Assembly: GCF_026571515.1 (NCBI RefSeq)
Contig: NW_026866456.1
Location: forward strand, 248,001 to 312,000
Length of the DNA stretch: 64,000 nt
From: Ruditapes philippinarum
Lineage: Eukaryota
Direction: 5' to 3'
Position 1 is the stretch's first letter; the number at the start of each line of letters is the position of its first letter. Of this stretch, positions 1 to 12,910 are shown piece after piece. Position numbers and translations under genes: made by a program. Below the pieces are notes generated by a model, which was given only the letters and a program-made list of their open reading frames with translations, had not been told where the DNA came from and searched no databases.

Positions 1-190
1 GTCTTTAGTTTTGATTTTTGAAAATTTGTCTTTAGTTTTGATTTTTGAAAATTTGTCTTTTGTTTTGATTTTTGAAAATTTGTATTTTTTTATATTTGAA
101 GATTTGACTTTAGTTTTGACTTTTGAAGATTTGTCTGTATTTTTGATTTTTGAAAATTTGTCTTTAGTTTTGATTTTTGAAAATTTGATC
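1..190. repeat. 27-bp minisatellite, about 7 copies, truncated by the window edge
   Basis: Unit gtctttagttttgatttttgaaaattt; explains ORF 11..226. Confidence 0.9.
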
Positions 191-767
191 GCTAATCTGG
201 AGTTGTGTTGCTTTAATAAACAATAAGTGTTGTTTTGTAGAAAATTTATTTGAGGAAAACATTGTCAGCATATTGTCAGTTAAAAGTTGAGTACTAATAT
301 AAAATGTTGTCTTGTGTAGTAATCTTTTGAATTAATGGCAGATCATACATGTATGAAGATGTTTTGTGTAGTTTTGAACTTTTGTTATTGATTGTTTAAA
401 TAATGGATAAAATTGTTTATATATAACATTTAAGAGGTGCCTTTTCATTAAATTGCTTATATTTCAAGAAAGTTCTATCCTTCAATTTTTTGTATTCATT
501 GATTGTTGTTAGTTCTGTAGAACTTGTTAGTCCAAAAAAACAACTAAAAAAATCCCCCCAAAAAGTGGAAAATTTATGATTTTGTCCTGGTGCCATTTTT
601 GGCTACTTAAAAAAGTGTAGTTCTTGTATTTGTTAATTCATTTTAAGATATTTCATAGAAAATACTGATAGACCTGATATTGAGCATGGTTTTATTCTCA
701 GAATTTGAAAATTGCTATAAAAAATAACATAAACAACTGCAACGAGAATGAATTGATATCTCATCAC

Positions 768-837
768 CACCATAGTGCAATAATTGGTTAAGTTCTTTTA
801 AATTTAATAGGAGTTAACCAGTTATTGCACTAAGGTG
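768..837. repeat. 70-bp inverted repeat (hairpin)
   Basis: caccatagtgcaataattggttaa pairs with ttaaccagttattgcactaaggtg (22/24). Confidence 0.8.
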
Positions 838-972
838 ACAATCTGTTCTTCAAACTACATTACCTCTGTGTTTTTTTGTTTGTTTTGTGTTGTTTTTGTT
901 TTTTTTTAATCAAAACGGTTAAAATTAAAATTAAGCAAAAATTTACAACTTTTGTGACCTTTCTTGTTCTGA

Positions 973-1186
973 TTAAACTTTACCACACTTAATATCTAAA
1001 ATGGACTTGTCCATCTTTCAGTCTGGGCAAAACCATTCATCATTTTTAGGGGAAAATTTTTAAATGAGTGCTTACTGAGTAGTGAACAGTGCAGACAATG
1101 AACAGACAGCATGGATGTGCCATGTGATCTTGGTCTGCACTGGTCACATTGGTAGAATCTGTTGCAGATGGCAGGCTGTAGGTTAA
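973..1186 (-). mobile_element. TTAA-flanked MITE (piggyBac-like termini), degenerate
   Basis: ttaa...ggttaa ends; alignable to 55728-56095 and, in reverse, to 1684-1899. Confidence 0.65.
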
Positions 1187-1683
1187 TTTAATAGCAAAAT
1201 AATTATACCTTAAAATAATTTAATATCATATAACAATTGCAACAACTGTATTACATTCAGAAAAGAAATTTAAACTGACCTTTAGTGTTTTTATCCAAAA
1301 ATAGAGATGACTTCTCAAATTGTTACAATTTTGATACATTCCACAGTTTTCTAAAATCCAGTATTTTTTTCTTCTTCTTTTTTTACATTTTTTAATTTAC
1401 TTTTTTTTTATTGAAGGTTATTTCATTATTATTTTTGTCTTTGTCTGTTATTATTTATATTACATTAACATCCAGAAATTATTTATATTTAAATAAAATA
1501 AGGATTTAGTAAAGATTTTTTTGTGTGTGAAAAGAAGAAATGAAGATTTTTTTGCCCTCTTTGGCGCCATACATATTTTTGTTAAATATTAAACTGAAGA
1601 TTGCTCTTTATAAAGTATGATGTGTGTTTTTGGCTCAATTTCACAATTAGATAAACTTAAGATCAGTCTGTCTTTATGTATAT

Positions 1684-1899
1684 TTAACCCTTGACCTTCT
1701 GGAACTGAAAAAAGACCCGCCTACACCAGCAGTATAGAGCCAGGCCAGCCTGTACATTCGCGCAATCTTACCAGGCTTTATACCTTTGGTAGCTAACTAA
1801 ATTTGGAATATTTGATATTTAAATCCCTAAAACTTGGAATGGAATGTTACAAAAATTCATAGCTGGGCTAATCCAATAATTCACCAGGTTTGGGGTTAG
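1684..1899 (+). mobile_element. TTAA-flanked MITE, same group
   Basis: ttaaccct...ggggttag ends; internal ccaggccagcctgtacattcgcgcaatcttaccagg hairpin. Confidence 0.65.
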
Positions 1900-4487
1900 A
1901 GGGAAATCACTGTGTGATAAAACATCTGTAAATGGCACCATGAATACAACTTTTGATAAATTGTGTGTGTAGTTGTTTTGTTTTGTTTTTTGGTTTTTTT
2001 TCGTCTTTTAATTTATTGTTAAAGCACTTACTTCTTCACATCCCTTTACTTGACTAATGGACTTGTCCTACTGTTATTTTGGAATGGCCCATTATTAAGT
2101 TAAGGGGTTTGAAGACCAAGAGGTTAAAGTAAAAAGCCTGGTCAGAATACTCCGAGTTGAAAGTTTTCCTGACATTGTTGTACTTTTGATTTATGAAAGT
2201 CTGTGATGGATTCCTGTCATAATACAAACAAATTTTCTTTTTTTTTCAATTTTAGACGTAATGTTCCTTTTTCAAATAAGTTCTATAAAACACTCCAAAC
2301 TGATTTCATTCATTTTCTAGACTAGCATATTTGATATACATATGATATTGATAATCAATTTCTTTTTTTAAAAGTAAAACAAATTTTAGTAATACCTTAT
2401 GTATAGGTCAAACTTAAATATTATTGTTGGGGAAATATGTTCATGTTACTAAATTTAGCTTTCACTATAATCTGCGTACCAATTTATTAGACAGATTTTT
2501 CATTTGTTAAATTTGAATATTTATATTTTTTACATATGTTACTGTTTCTATTGGGTTTTTTTTCTTCTTTTTCTTTCTAACAAGCAATATATTATATATC
2601 TATCCATGCAGGATGTTATTATATATACTGTATATTTGATTATTTGGTGTGGCTTTAATAATGGCAAGTATTTTGCAAACTGTTAATTTTTCAAAGTTGT
2701 TAAAATTTTCTTATGTAAATATCAGTATCTGCCTGTTTGTTTTTGTTGAACAGTATATGCAGCTGGCAAGTAATATATATATACATACACACATCTATAT
2801 AAAGTATACTTTATGTATTTGACTGTACATATTTTTTTTGTTAATGTACACCATTCTTTTTGCATGGTCAAAGGGCTTGCTTGCTTCAGACTTGTATATC
2901 AAAACTATTATCAGGAGTGTAAACTATTTTTTGAAATGTAGAAAAATTTTCCCATGGCTCCACTTTTTACTGTTTTAATGCCTTTAATTTGATCTCTTCC
3001 TCTGAACAAATTTCATAATGGAAATCAAAATGAGTAGAAAACAGCAGTGAATTTAATTGGAATTTTTGGCACTCAACACTTAATTTGAAGGATTTGAAGT
3101 TGAAGAGGATTTAACAGAGCAAAAGTATCTTAATTGAGCTAAAGTGTTGTAAATGACCCAAAGAAATGTAACGAAATAAGATATAGTTTATAATGAAATT
3201 GCAAACCCTTAAATTTTACATGTCTAATTGATTTTTGAGTCTTGAGATTTGTCATGTACCATGACCCTCTAGATCAGAACTAATTCTCCAGCCATAATAC
3301 TGTTAGGCTTTTAAAACATAAATTTGTTGTTGTAGGAATTAAATTAGGTATGCATGAAAATATAGGTAAAGGGTATAAAGCTATATATAATAATTGTTTT
3401 AATAATATAATGTATAGGTGGTAAAATATCTGTTGCTTACAATACCTTATGGTCAAATATCAAAAGATTTGTAGCATAGAATGTCCATATTACTTAACAT
3501 GCATGAATATTATATTTACACAGAAAAAAAACATGAAATACTATGCTGCTATTTTATGTTGAGTTTTGATGATGAAGCAATGATTTTGTGCATGGGACAT
3601 TCACACATAGGGAAATGTATAAACATATTACTTTGGTACAGGCATTTTGGAGGTTTTTGTATTATCTTTTTTTTTTAATTCAAACAATAGTTTTGTAAAC
3701 TACAAGTCAAAGATATAGCTTTATACACTTCAAAATAATTTGATTTTATTCAAGAATGTTAGCATATTGTATAATAAACACAGAAAATTGCTCTGTAGTC
3801 TGGAATATAACATGCAAACACTTCTTTTTCTATATTGTTGTAATCATCTTTTGTTATTTTTCTCCGAGTAACTTCTTATTTTTTTGTCAGTATGGATTTC
3901 CAGTATGATATTGTTTAGTGATTCATAGGCTTTTTTCCGCCCCTTATGGCACTTTTCAAGATTTTTTATTATTCACTCAATACAAAATACAGGTATATCT
4001 AACATTATACTTATCTTTTACATACTATAATTTCTTTTCATGTAAAGTGAGATAATAAGTGTTAAAATGGCAATTTGATTAAAGGGATAGGATAAATATT
4101 GATTACACAAAACAAAAAATAGTGCCATTGATCAAATACCAAGTGCATAAGTTTTTTGCAATCTTTTCGGTCCTTTCTATCAAACTTCGGATAAGGGCTC
4201 AAACAACCTTTTTTTCTGATTCTTTCTTTCTTTCTTTTTTCTTTCTTTCTTTCCTTCTTTTGACACATGTAGTTTTGACTTATATAGGCTAGTGGTAGTG
4301 AAATTTACCTTGTTAATTTGATCATGAAGATTTAATTCTATGTCTTAACTTTCTGTTGTTTATAAATCATTCTAAATCCATATCTTTATTAACTGATCTA
4401 TTTATGAATTAAACACTTTTTGTATGAACAGTTTGTTACTTGATTGTATTTCATAAAACTTAAACTGCTGAATTTCTTCAGCTTTAA

Positions 4488-5117
4488 TTTTTAGCTCACC
4501 TGAACACAGAGTTCTCAGAGATGGCAGTTTGTCCATTGTTCATCGTCAGTTGTTATCCACAATTTCAATTTCATTTACAATGCCAAGAGCTTTGAAATAT
4601 ATATTTGACATGTAGCATTGCCTAGTGAACCACTACAAAAGCTACTCAAGTCATGCCCTTGAGGTCAAAAATAGTGACACATCAGGGGGTCACTTAGTTA
4701 TCATAGACTTTTAAAAGTAAAAACTAACTTAACAATCTACTGTGGAAGAATAGTTAATGCCAAGAGTTTAAATATTGTGCATTGAGCATCACCTAATGGT
4801 CCTCTATAAGTTATATAAATCATGCCCCTTGTGTCAAAATTGGTTAATGCCCAAACAATCGCTTAGTTTATATTTAGAGTGACCTACATAGTAAAACATA
4901 TTTAATTAGGTCTTCTTGTGTGGAATTACAATGACAAGAGCTTAGATATCTGTCATGAATCATATAGAAGCAGACTTCTACAAATATTTTAAAAATTATG
5001 ATGCTTTGGGTAAATAAGACAAACCCAATGGTACCTTAACACAGAAATTGTAATATTTTTCTAACAATGTACATGTATCTCAGGTGAGTGACCCAAGGTC
5101 ATCATGACCCTCTTGTT
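4488..5117 (+). mobile_element. Degenerate Helentron-type HINE with decayed satellite units
   Basis: ttttagctcacctg ... caggtgag subterminal inverted repeat; 3' hairpin ggtcatcatgacc then ctcttgtt; same family as 32895. Confidence 0.8.
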
Positions 5118-5254
5118 TGGGATATATGAAGGAAATATTGTAAATTTAGTCAGTTCACAGCAAAGAAATTGGCCAAACTGCACAGAAGTTCAGACTGACC
5201 TGAGTCTATAGACTAACCTGGTCACTTGGTTCCAACATTCTTGATTTTTACCAA

Positions 5255-5412
5255 ACGGGCATACGGAATGTCGGTGGTTCTACTCAGGTGCCCTTTGGTG
5301 CCTAAAATAATGATAAACGGGCACCTGAGTTCTTCCTCCACCAATAAAGCTGGTACATCACCATATGACCTATATTGTGTTGGTGTGACATAAAACCCAA
5401 TCAAACAAACCA
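5255..5412 (+). mobile_element. tRNA-derived SINE family A, 5'-truncated
   Basis: gtcggtggttctactcaggtgccc...ttcctccacca...atatgacctat...aaaacccaa with (caaa)n tail, shared with 10416, 30679 and 36822. Confidence 0.85.
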
Positions 5413-6012
5413 AAGGGACATAATATTGTGTGATGCTTAGTATAATGATTTACTTTAGTTACTTCCCTTGGTTCCGTGAGCTGTTTCCCTAGCATGATAT
5501 CCATCCTGCATTGTAATTCTAACTTTCTTTAAACAATATCATAAATTTTCACCACTTTTCACATGAATGATGGCCGTCTACACAAGAAGTTACAGTAATG
5601 GTTCAATTTTACATGTATAACCTAAATAAGAAACCTGTAACCTACAGCTTTGAATTCTAGCAGATTACTGGTGTTAATGAGTTTATTGACACATGTATCG
5701 TTTTACATACTATTGTCCCATACTTAAAATGCAGTACATTTTTCTTTTAAAATGGTCAGTTGTAAACAAAAGGTTAGTAAATATTTAAATATCCGTACAA
5801 TATTGCCAAACATTTTTTTCAAATGATGATGGTAACATACTTTACAATTTTCTTATGATATGCAGTAAGTTATGAAATGAAAAGAAGAACACTTAATTTT
5901 CAATCAAATTTAGTTTTAAAGTAATAGTTGTGTTTGATGAAATTGACATGAAAACCATCCTGCAGATGAAAATCATTCTACAGTGTTAAGCACTTTCAGA
6001 GTCCAGAACAAG

Positions 6013-8130
6013 TTGTGACAATGGAACCATCCTGTAGTGTGCAGTGCCAGTTGTTCATGGTGATATATGATCCAGCGCTAGTACATGGTGACAAGAGAAC
6101 CATCTTTCAGTGTCCAATTCTAGTACATGTACATGACGACAACTGGGCCATCCTGCAGGGTCCAGCGCCAGTTGTACATGATGACAAATTCATGGTAACA
6201 AGAGAACCATCTTTCAGTGTCCAATTCTAGTACATGACGACAACACGACCATCCTGTAGCGTCCAGCACCAGTTGTACATGGTGACAAATACATGGTTAC
6301 AAGAGAACGATTATTCAGTGTCCAATTCTAGTACATGACGACAACACGGCCATCCTGTAGGGTCCAGCACCAGTTGTACATGGTGACAAATACATGGTTA
6401 CAAGAGAACCATCTTTCAGTGTCCAATTCTAGTACATGACGACAACACGACCATCCTGTAGCGTCCAGCACCAGTTGTACATGGTGACAAATACATGGTA
6501 ACAAGAGAACCATCTTTAAGTGTCCAATTCTAGTACATGACGACAACACGGCCATCCTGTAGGGTCCAGCACCAGTTGTACATGGTGACAAATACATGGT
6601 TACAAGAGAAACATCTTTAAGTGTCCAGTACATGACGACTACAGCGCCATCCTGTAGGGTCCAGCATCAGCTGTACATGGTGACAAATACATGGTTACAA
6701 GAGAACCATCTCTCAGTGTCCAGTAAATGACGACAACAGCGCCATCCTGCAGGGTCCAGCACCAGTTGTAAATGGTGACAAATACATGGTTACAAGAGAA
6801 CCATCTTTCAGTGTCCAATTCTTAGTACATGACAGACAACAGCGCCATCCTGCATGGGTCCAGCACCAGCTGTACATGGTGACAAATACATGGTAACAAG
6901 AGAACCATCTTTAAGTGTCCAATTCTAGTACATGCCGACAACACGGCCATCCTGTAGGGTCCAGCATCAGTTGTACATGGTGACAAATACATGGTTACAA
7001 GAGAACCATCTTTCAGTGTCCAATTCTAGTACATGACGACAACACGGCCATCCTGTAGGGTCCAGCACCAGTTGTACATGGTGACAAATACATGGTTACA
7101 AGAGAACCATCTTTCAGTGTCCAGTACATGACGACAACAGCGCCATCCTGTAGGGTCCAGCATCAGCTGTACATGGTGACAAATACATGGTTACAAGAGA
7201 ACCATCTCTCAGTGTGTAGTTCTAGTAAATTACGACAACAGCGCCATCCTGTAGGGTCCAGCACCAGCTGTACATGGTGACAAATACATGGTTACAAGAG
7301 AACCATCTCTCAGTGTCTAGTTCCAGTACATGACGGACTACAGCGCCATCCTGTAGGGTCCAGCACCAGCTGTACATGGTGACAAATACATGGTTACAAG
7401 AGAACCATCTCTCAGTGTGTAGTTCTAGTAAATTACGACAACAGCGCCATCCTGTAGGGTCCAGCACCAGCTGTACATGGTGACAAATACATGGTTACAA
7501 GAGAACCATCTCTCAGTGTCTAGTTCTAGTAAATGACGACAACAGCGCCATCCTGTAGGGTCCAGCACCAGCTGTACATGGTGACAAATACATGGTTACA
7601 AGAGAACCATTCTCTCAGTGTCCAGTACATGACGACAACAGCGCCATCCTGTAGGGTCCAGCACCAGCTGTACATGATGACAAATACATGGATACAAGAG
7701 AACCATCTTTCAGTGTCTAGTTCTAGTACATGACGACAACACGGCTGTACATGGTGACAAATACATGGATACAAGAGAACCATCTTTCAGTGTCCAATTC
7801 TAGTACATGACGACAACAGCGCCATCCTGCAGGGTCCAGCACCAGTTGTACATGGTGACAAATACATGGATACAAGAGAACCATCTTTCAGTGTCCAATT
7901 CTAGTACATGACGACAACATGGCCATCCTGTAGCGTCCAGCACCAGCTGTACATGGTGACAAATACATGGTTACAAGAGAATGATCTTTCAGTGTCCAAT
8001 TCTAGTACATGACGACAACACGGCCATCCTGCAGGAATCAGCCCCAGTTGTACATGGTGACAAATACATAGTTACAAGAGAACCATCTTTCAGTGTCCAG
8101 TACATGACGACATCAGCAGGGTCCAGCACG
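6013..8130. repeat. 101-bp tandem array (95-bp variants), about 21 copies
   Basis: agagaac recurs at 6201, 6302, 6403, 6504, 6605, 6700, 6795...; explains all ORFs between 6015 and 8277. Confidence 0.95.
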
Positions 8131-8296
8131 GAAGTAAGACATTTTTTACAATTATATGATAGAAAGCTATTTTCTAATGATGTTCTTCCGTCAAATGAGC
8201 TATCTCTTTCTATGAGGGAACCTTTAAAGTTCCTCCAACTGTCATATTCTTATCAACCCTACGTCTTATTCCTATAAATGTTTTTAATTATATTTA

Positions 8297-8461
8297 NNNN
8301 NNNNNNNNNNNNNNNNNNNNNNNNNNNNNNNNNNNNNNNNNNNNNNNNNNNNNNNNNNNNNNNNNNNNNNNNNNNNNNNNNNNNNNNNNNNNNNNNNNNN
8401 NNNNNNNNNNNNNNNNNNNNNNNNNNNNNNNNNNNNNNNNNNNNNNNNNNNNNNNNNNNNN
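8297..8461. other. Assembly gap (N run)
   Basis: 165 consecutive N. Confidence 0.99.
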
Positions 8462-9408
8462 AGAACGACGTTCACAGTAACCGTTCACAGTAACCTTTAA
8501 AGCTGTGAAAAATTTCGCGTGCTTGACTTTCTTACCTGACATTTATCATCAGTCGTGTATGCTAAAATTTTATTAGACTTTCTTACTTCCTCTTCAATAA
8601 ACATAGGAGAGAAAAAAGTTAATTTGTTAGATGCTTTAAGTCAGTAGACCATGAGTAAGTTCTCATTTTAAACGCATATATTGTTACAAATTTGCATTCA
8701 TGATTATGCTTAACCGATTTGCTTGATATTATATAGCATATACATCATAACTTAGATATTATATTTATGTTTATTCATTAATATACTCGTAAATACCGGT
8801 ATATGAATGGGGGAAAACGATCTTGAGCACAAATACATTAATCAAGAACTGATTTTTTTTGCCTTCTGCAGAGATGGTCTGTATTTCTATTCACACATAT
8901 TCAATCATTTTGAATCATTTATTAAATAAGACTCAACCATTTATTTTACATTCTGTTGATGTGACATCTCAAAGCAGCATGCCTCCAAATTCTTCTCATG
9001 AAAATTTTGAAATATTATTTAGAAGTAAACAAAGAACGTAATTAACTCACTGTAGACGGCGCTCACAAGTTAACGTAAATTACCAAAAAGATGTCAAAGT
9101 ATGCCAAAATAGCCCTTACGACAGTAGGAATAAGGTAATAAATACAACAAAATATTTTTACTTCTCTACGAATCATAGTACATTTTCCTCAAGTTTGATT
9201 TTCTAGAAATATTTTGACCCATCTGGAGGCATGCAGCTTGAAACATTTAGGCGTGACACCAGAATTAACGTCAATTGTACCATAATAGATCTGTAATACC
9301 CATAAATAATAACGTTGTTGGTATTTAGTATCGTACGTGACAACAAAACCACGGAAAATGAATATACGGATGCTGGTCACGTGAGATATATGATCAGATA
9401 TTACATAT

Positions 9409-9643
9409 GAGCCGTGTCATGACAAAACCAACATAATGGGTTTGTGACCAGCATGGATCCAGACCAGCCTGCGCATCCGCGCAGTCTGATCAGGATCCAT
9501 GTTGTTCGCTATCAGTTTCTCTACTTGTAATAGGGTTGGTAAGCGAACAGCATGGATCCTGATCAGACTGCGCGGATGCGCAGGCTGGTCTGGATCCATG
9601 CTGGTCGCAAACCCATTATGTTGGTTTTGTCGTGACACGGCTC
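9409..9643. mobile_element. 235-bp palindromic MITE with GAG...CTC termini (Sola-like)
   Basis: About 100-bp inverted arms, ATAT on both flanks, near-identical inverted copy at 42424. Confidence 0.9.
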
Positions 9644-9896
9644 ATATCTATATATAGCCAATAATAAATTGCTCTAGAACAAAATACTATGATTTATTTT
9701 ATTCTTATGAACAAAATATTGAGAAATATTGATTAAATAAAATGCGTATTTTTATTTCCAGTATTTTCACTATATTTTCCGTATTTTCTCTGGTGTCTTG
9801 GCGGACTACTTTCTTCTAAATGCAGCCAATACACAAAATTAAAAGGGAATTCTTCCTATTCATAAGGTTAAAAAAAGGTATAAAATAAACAGAAAA

Positions 9897-10045
9897 TTCA
9901 AGTTTTTTTCTATAAATACAGGATTTCATTTCATCTTGTGGTATGAAAATAATCATATTTCACTCGCGGCTACTGCCACTCGTGAAATATTTATTTTCAT
10001 ACCACTCGATGAAAATAAATCCTGTATTTATAGAAGAAACTTGAA
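9897..10045. mobile_element. Fold-back MITE core
   Basis: ttcaag..ttctataaatacaggattt..gtggtatgaaaataa..atatttcac mirrored by gtgaaatat..ttattttcataccac..aaatcctgtatttatagaa..cttgaa. Confidence 0.8.
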
Positions 10046-10415
10046 TACTATTACCCTCTTTTATTAAATAAATGTTTTACTAAAATCACTTGGAACTCAA
10101 TAAATATTTTATAAGAATATCAAAATACATGTAATACAATTCTATTGTTGTTTTTTTTTATTTTGTTGTTTTTTTGTTGTTTTTTGGGGGTTTTTTTTAT
10201 ATATATTTTTAATACTTACTGAGATTAGAATATGTCCACTGTAGATCAATCCACGATAAAGATGACATTGTTACTGTGACAACAAAAAGTGGTGATACAA
10301 ATGTCACAGAAGTTACAAAGGTTAACTATAACAGTTTATGTTGCTGCGAAAGAGTTTATTCCACTTTTCTTGATAAGAGACACTCGGCCAGTATAGTACA
10401 TCAGTCACTATTGAT

Positions 10416-10709
10416 GGCGGCATCCTTGGCCGAGTGGTAAATGTCGTTCTCTTCAAACCATTTGCCCTTCACCGCTGTAGGTTTGAACCTCGCTTCTTTC
10501 ATGTGAGGAAGCTATCAAGCTAGCTTACGGAACGTCGGTGGTTCTACTCAGGTGCCCGCTCATGCTTGAAATAATGCCTGGAGAGACACTTGAGGTCTTC
10601 CTCCACCAGTAACGCTGGAAACTCCACCAGTTAAGCTTGAAAGTTGTCATATGATGTGTACAGTGTTGATGCGACGAGTATTAGTGCGACGTAAAACCCA
10701 GCCAAATAA
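10416..10709 (+). mobile_element. Full-length tRNA-derived SINE family A
   Basis: A box tggccgagtgg, B box ggtttgaacc, conserved body tcatgtgaggaagctatc..., tail gtaaaaccc; central domain probably Meta-type (unverified). Confidence 0.9.
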
Positions 10710-11521
10710 TATATAAATTTAAATAACTATTGAAAATCACTGTCTTGATAACCGAACCTACGTCAACTTGACGAGCTTCGTCCATCATTTCACAAAAAAC
10801 ACACACACACACACACACAATAAAGAAAAAAGGAAGAGAAAATAAAAGAACTTTAAACAAAATGAAATACCCTGGTTGGTTTACCGAACGCAATGACTAT
10901 ACATTACTCGTTACGTTTGTTTCACTTTAGGAGATAATGCATTTGTCCTTTGATTGTGACTTTGATTAGTTTCAAAGTCGCACATTATGCTACAGAAACG
11001 AATAAATGTTTTCTTTTCTATTAAAAAGGGGAAATATGAACTTTTAACATGAACGTTTTAATAATGGATTTCAAGCATACTGTTACCTAAAGCAAATAGT
11101 GCTAGATGTGAAATTATCTGTCATAAAAGTAGCAAAATGTAAACAAAGTAGTATTCTAACTTTCATACAAAAAACTATATCACTGTAACTGTCCATATTG
11201 CAAAAAAGTAAAAAAGAAACAGAAGATAAGGATGGTCCAGGTAATTGGCCAATGAATAGCTTTTTGGAAGCAATAAAATTTCATCCAAAATAAAAAAGAA
11301 GCTTTTGAGAAAAAAAAAGTTTAAAAGGATCGCCACTGGGAAATCACATTTAGACATCTCCTTTTTGAGTTTATAAGCAATTATATTTAGTAAGTATTTT
11401 AACTAGTACTAAAGCGCAGCTCCGTGAGATTTTCTCTCCATAATTATGAAATCAACTATTCTTAAAATTACTAGCATGGTGTAGGTCAACATTACAAGAG
11501 GTGTTGGTTTAAAGACACATC

Positions 11522-11576
11522 ATAAATAAATAAATAAAAAATAAAAAATAAATAAATAAATAAATAAATAAAAAAA

Positions 11577-11607
<31 letters not shown>

Positions 11608-11608
11608 A
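11522..11608. repeat. (AAAT)n microsatellite
   Basis: Direct reading. Confidence 0.95.
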
Positions 11609-12334
11609 ACTCCGACATTTGTTATCTAATAAATTTGTGAATTTGAACTGGGACATAAGTCCCAGATTTGAAACACTATATATAAGCTCTGAAATCCCAA
11701 AATTTCGTGGTTTGACGATATACATATATAAATTTATATCCTAGGACATCATAAATCATGTCCTAGATTGACCTGATTTCATCTGGATTACATGATCAAA
11801 AACTTAAAGAACTCCGCTGCGGTTTAAAAAGAAAATTAAAATGAAATTTGTAGCTGGGACATATACGACGCAAAAGAATTTTTTTTTAAAAGGCCGGAAT
11901 CCCTTTAAAGTTTTTTACTACAAGTTTAAAAAATATTATGAAATGGATATGGTATTTTAATTAGTTTAATTGAAACACTTAAAAATTACCACGGACTTAA
12001 AATTTTGTCAATTAAAGCCTTTTATTAAATAAAAATCTTCTAAATATTTTATTATTATCAAATCAAATCAAATCAAAATTTATTTATTGTCGGTATACAT
12101 ATATAACATTTTACAAAACATAAGCTATGTATAGCTTTTGACCGACATACATGCATAAGATATAAATATTTTATTATTATAGTAACGAAGCAGTGAAAGG
12201 CAGATAGTTTACAATGATTATTGAATTCATCAACTTTTCCCTTGTTGAAACATAACTTATGAAAATAGATCAAATTCAGGAAAATAATACGTGCTAAAAA
12301 TTCTCAAAATATTGAGAACCAGCCACTTGTACCC

Positions 12335-12610
12335 CAAATTTGGTCACATGACTTTTTTTGACGTAAGGCCTAATAACACTTCTAACCGGAAGTACATTAT
12401 ACGTAAAGTAGATCTTAATTAACTAGATGTTATTTTGTACTATTAAGTTAATTATTTTTTAATTATTAAGTATATGCCGAAATAAATGGAAAAAGTCAAA
12501 TGTGTTTGTCAAATTAATCAATGTTTACCCGAAAAAGCCGCGATGTTTATTCGTACGCAGCACAATGAAAGTAGTGCGAGCATCTTGTAAATATGGTTTT
12601 TCATGGATGT
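12335..12610 (+). promoter_or_regulatory. Probable AFF promoter
   Basis: Cluster of GGTCACATGAC (E-box/USF-type), TGACGT (CRE half site) and ACCGGAAGT (ETS) in a CpG-retaining region about 500 bp upstream of the ATG. Confidence 0.6.
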
Positions 12611-12893
12611 CAAGAAACTGAAAGTTTTTATGGAATTTTCAGCCAAAAATGTAGTCTGTAACTGTAATGTGCGGATATGTTGTTCAATATTCAACATAGA
12701 CTAGGTTCATTTGAAAACCTTTGTGGAAATAACTTTAAATTATAGAGAAAATTACTTGAATAAGTGGCAACCATGTAAACCGTTTGTGCAATCTGGGACA
12801 GGTTGCACAATTTGAACCAAAATATTTTGAGTCCCAAATATCGTTGAAATTTGATTTTAAGAACAAATCTGTTTATCATATAACTGCTTCAAG

Positions 12894-12910
12894 ATGTCAG
12901 ATTCTCAGAG
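12894..12910 (+). CDS. AFF4/lilli: AFF coding exon 1 (MSDSQ+S)
   Basis: aagATGTCAGATTCTCAGAG|gtaaga: purine at -3 of the ATG, strong donor, phase 2 matches exon 2, directly downstream of the promoter motifs. Confidence 0.7.

Noticed and set aside
6640-6662. CTCF-like gcgccatcctgtagg in the 101-bp unit
   Set aside because: An extra base breaks the core spacing; weak match
6015-8277. Many overlapping ORFs, and an array that could be mistaken for CRISPR
   Set aside because: Pure tandem repeat with no unique spacers and no cas genes; the 101-bp period shifts frame
8278-8542. ORFs containing X runs
   Set aside because: Artefacts of the N gap
10416-10495. tRNA gene
   Set aside because: A and B boxes are followed by a multi-copy SINE body and tail; no intact cloverleaf seen
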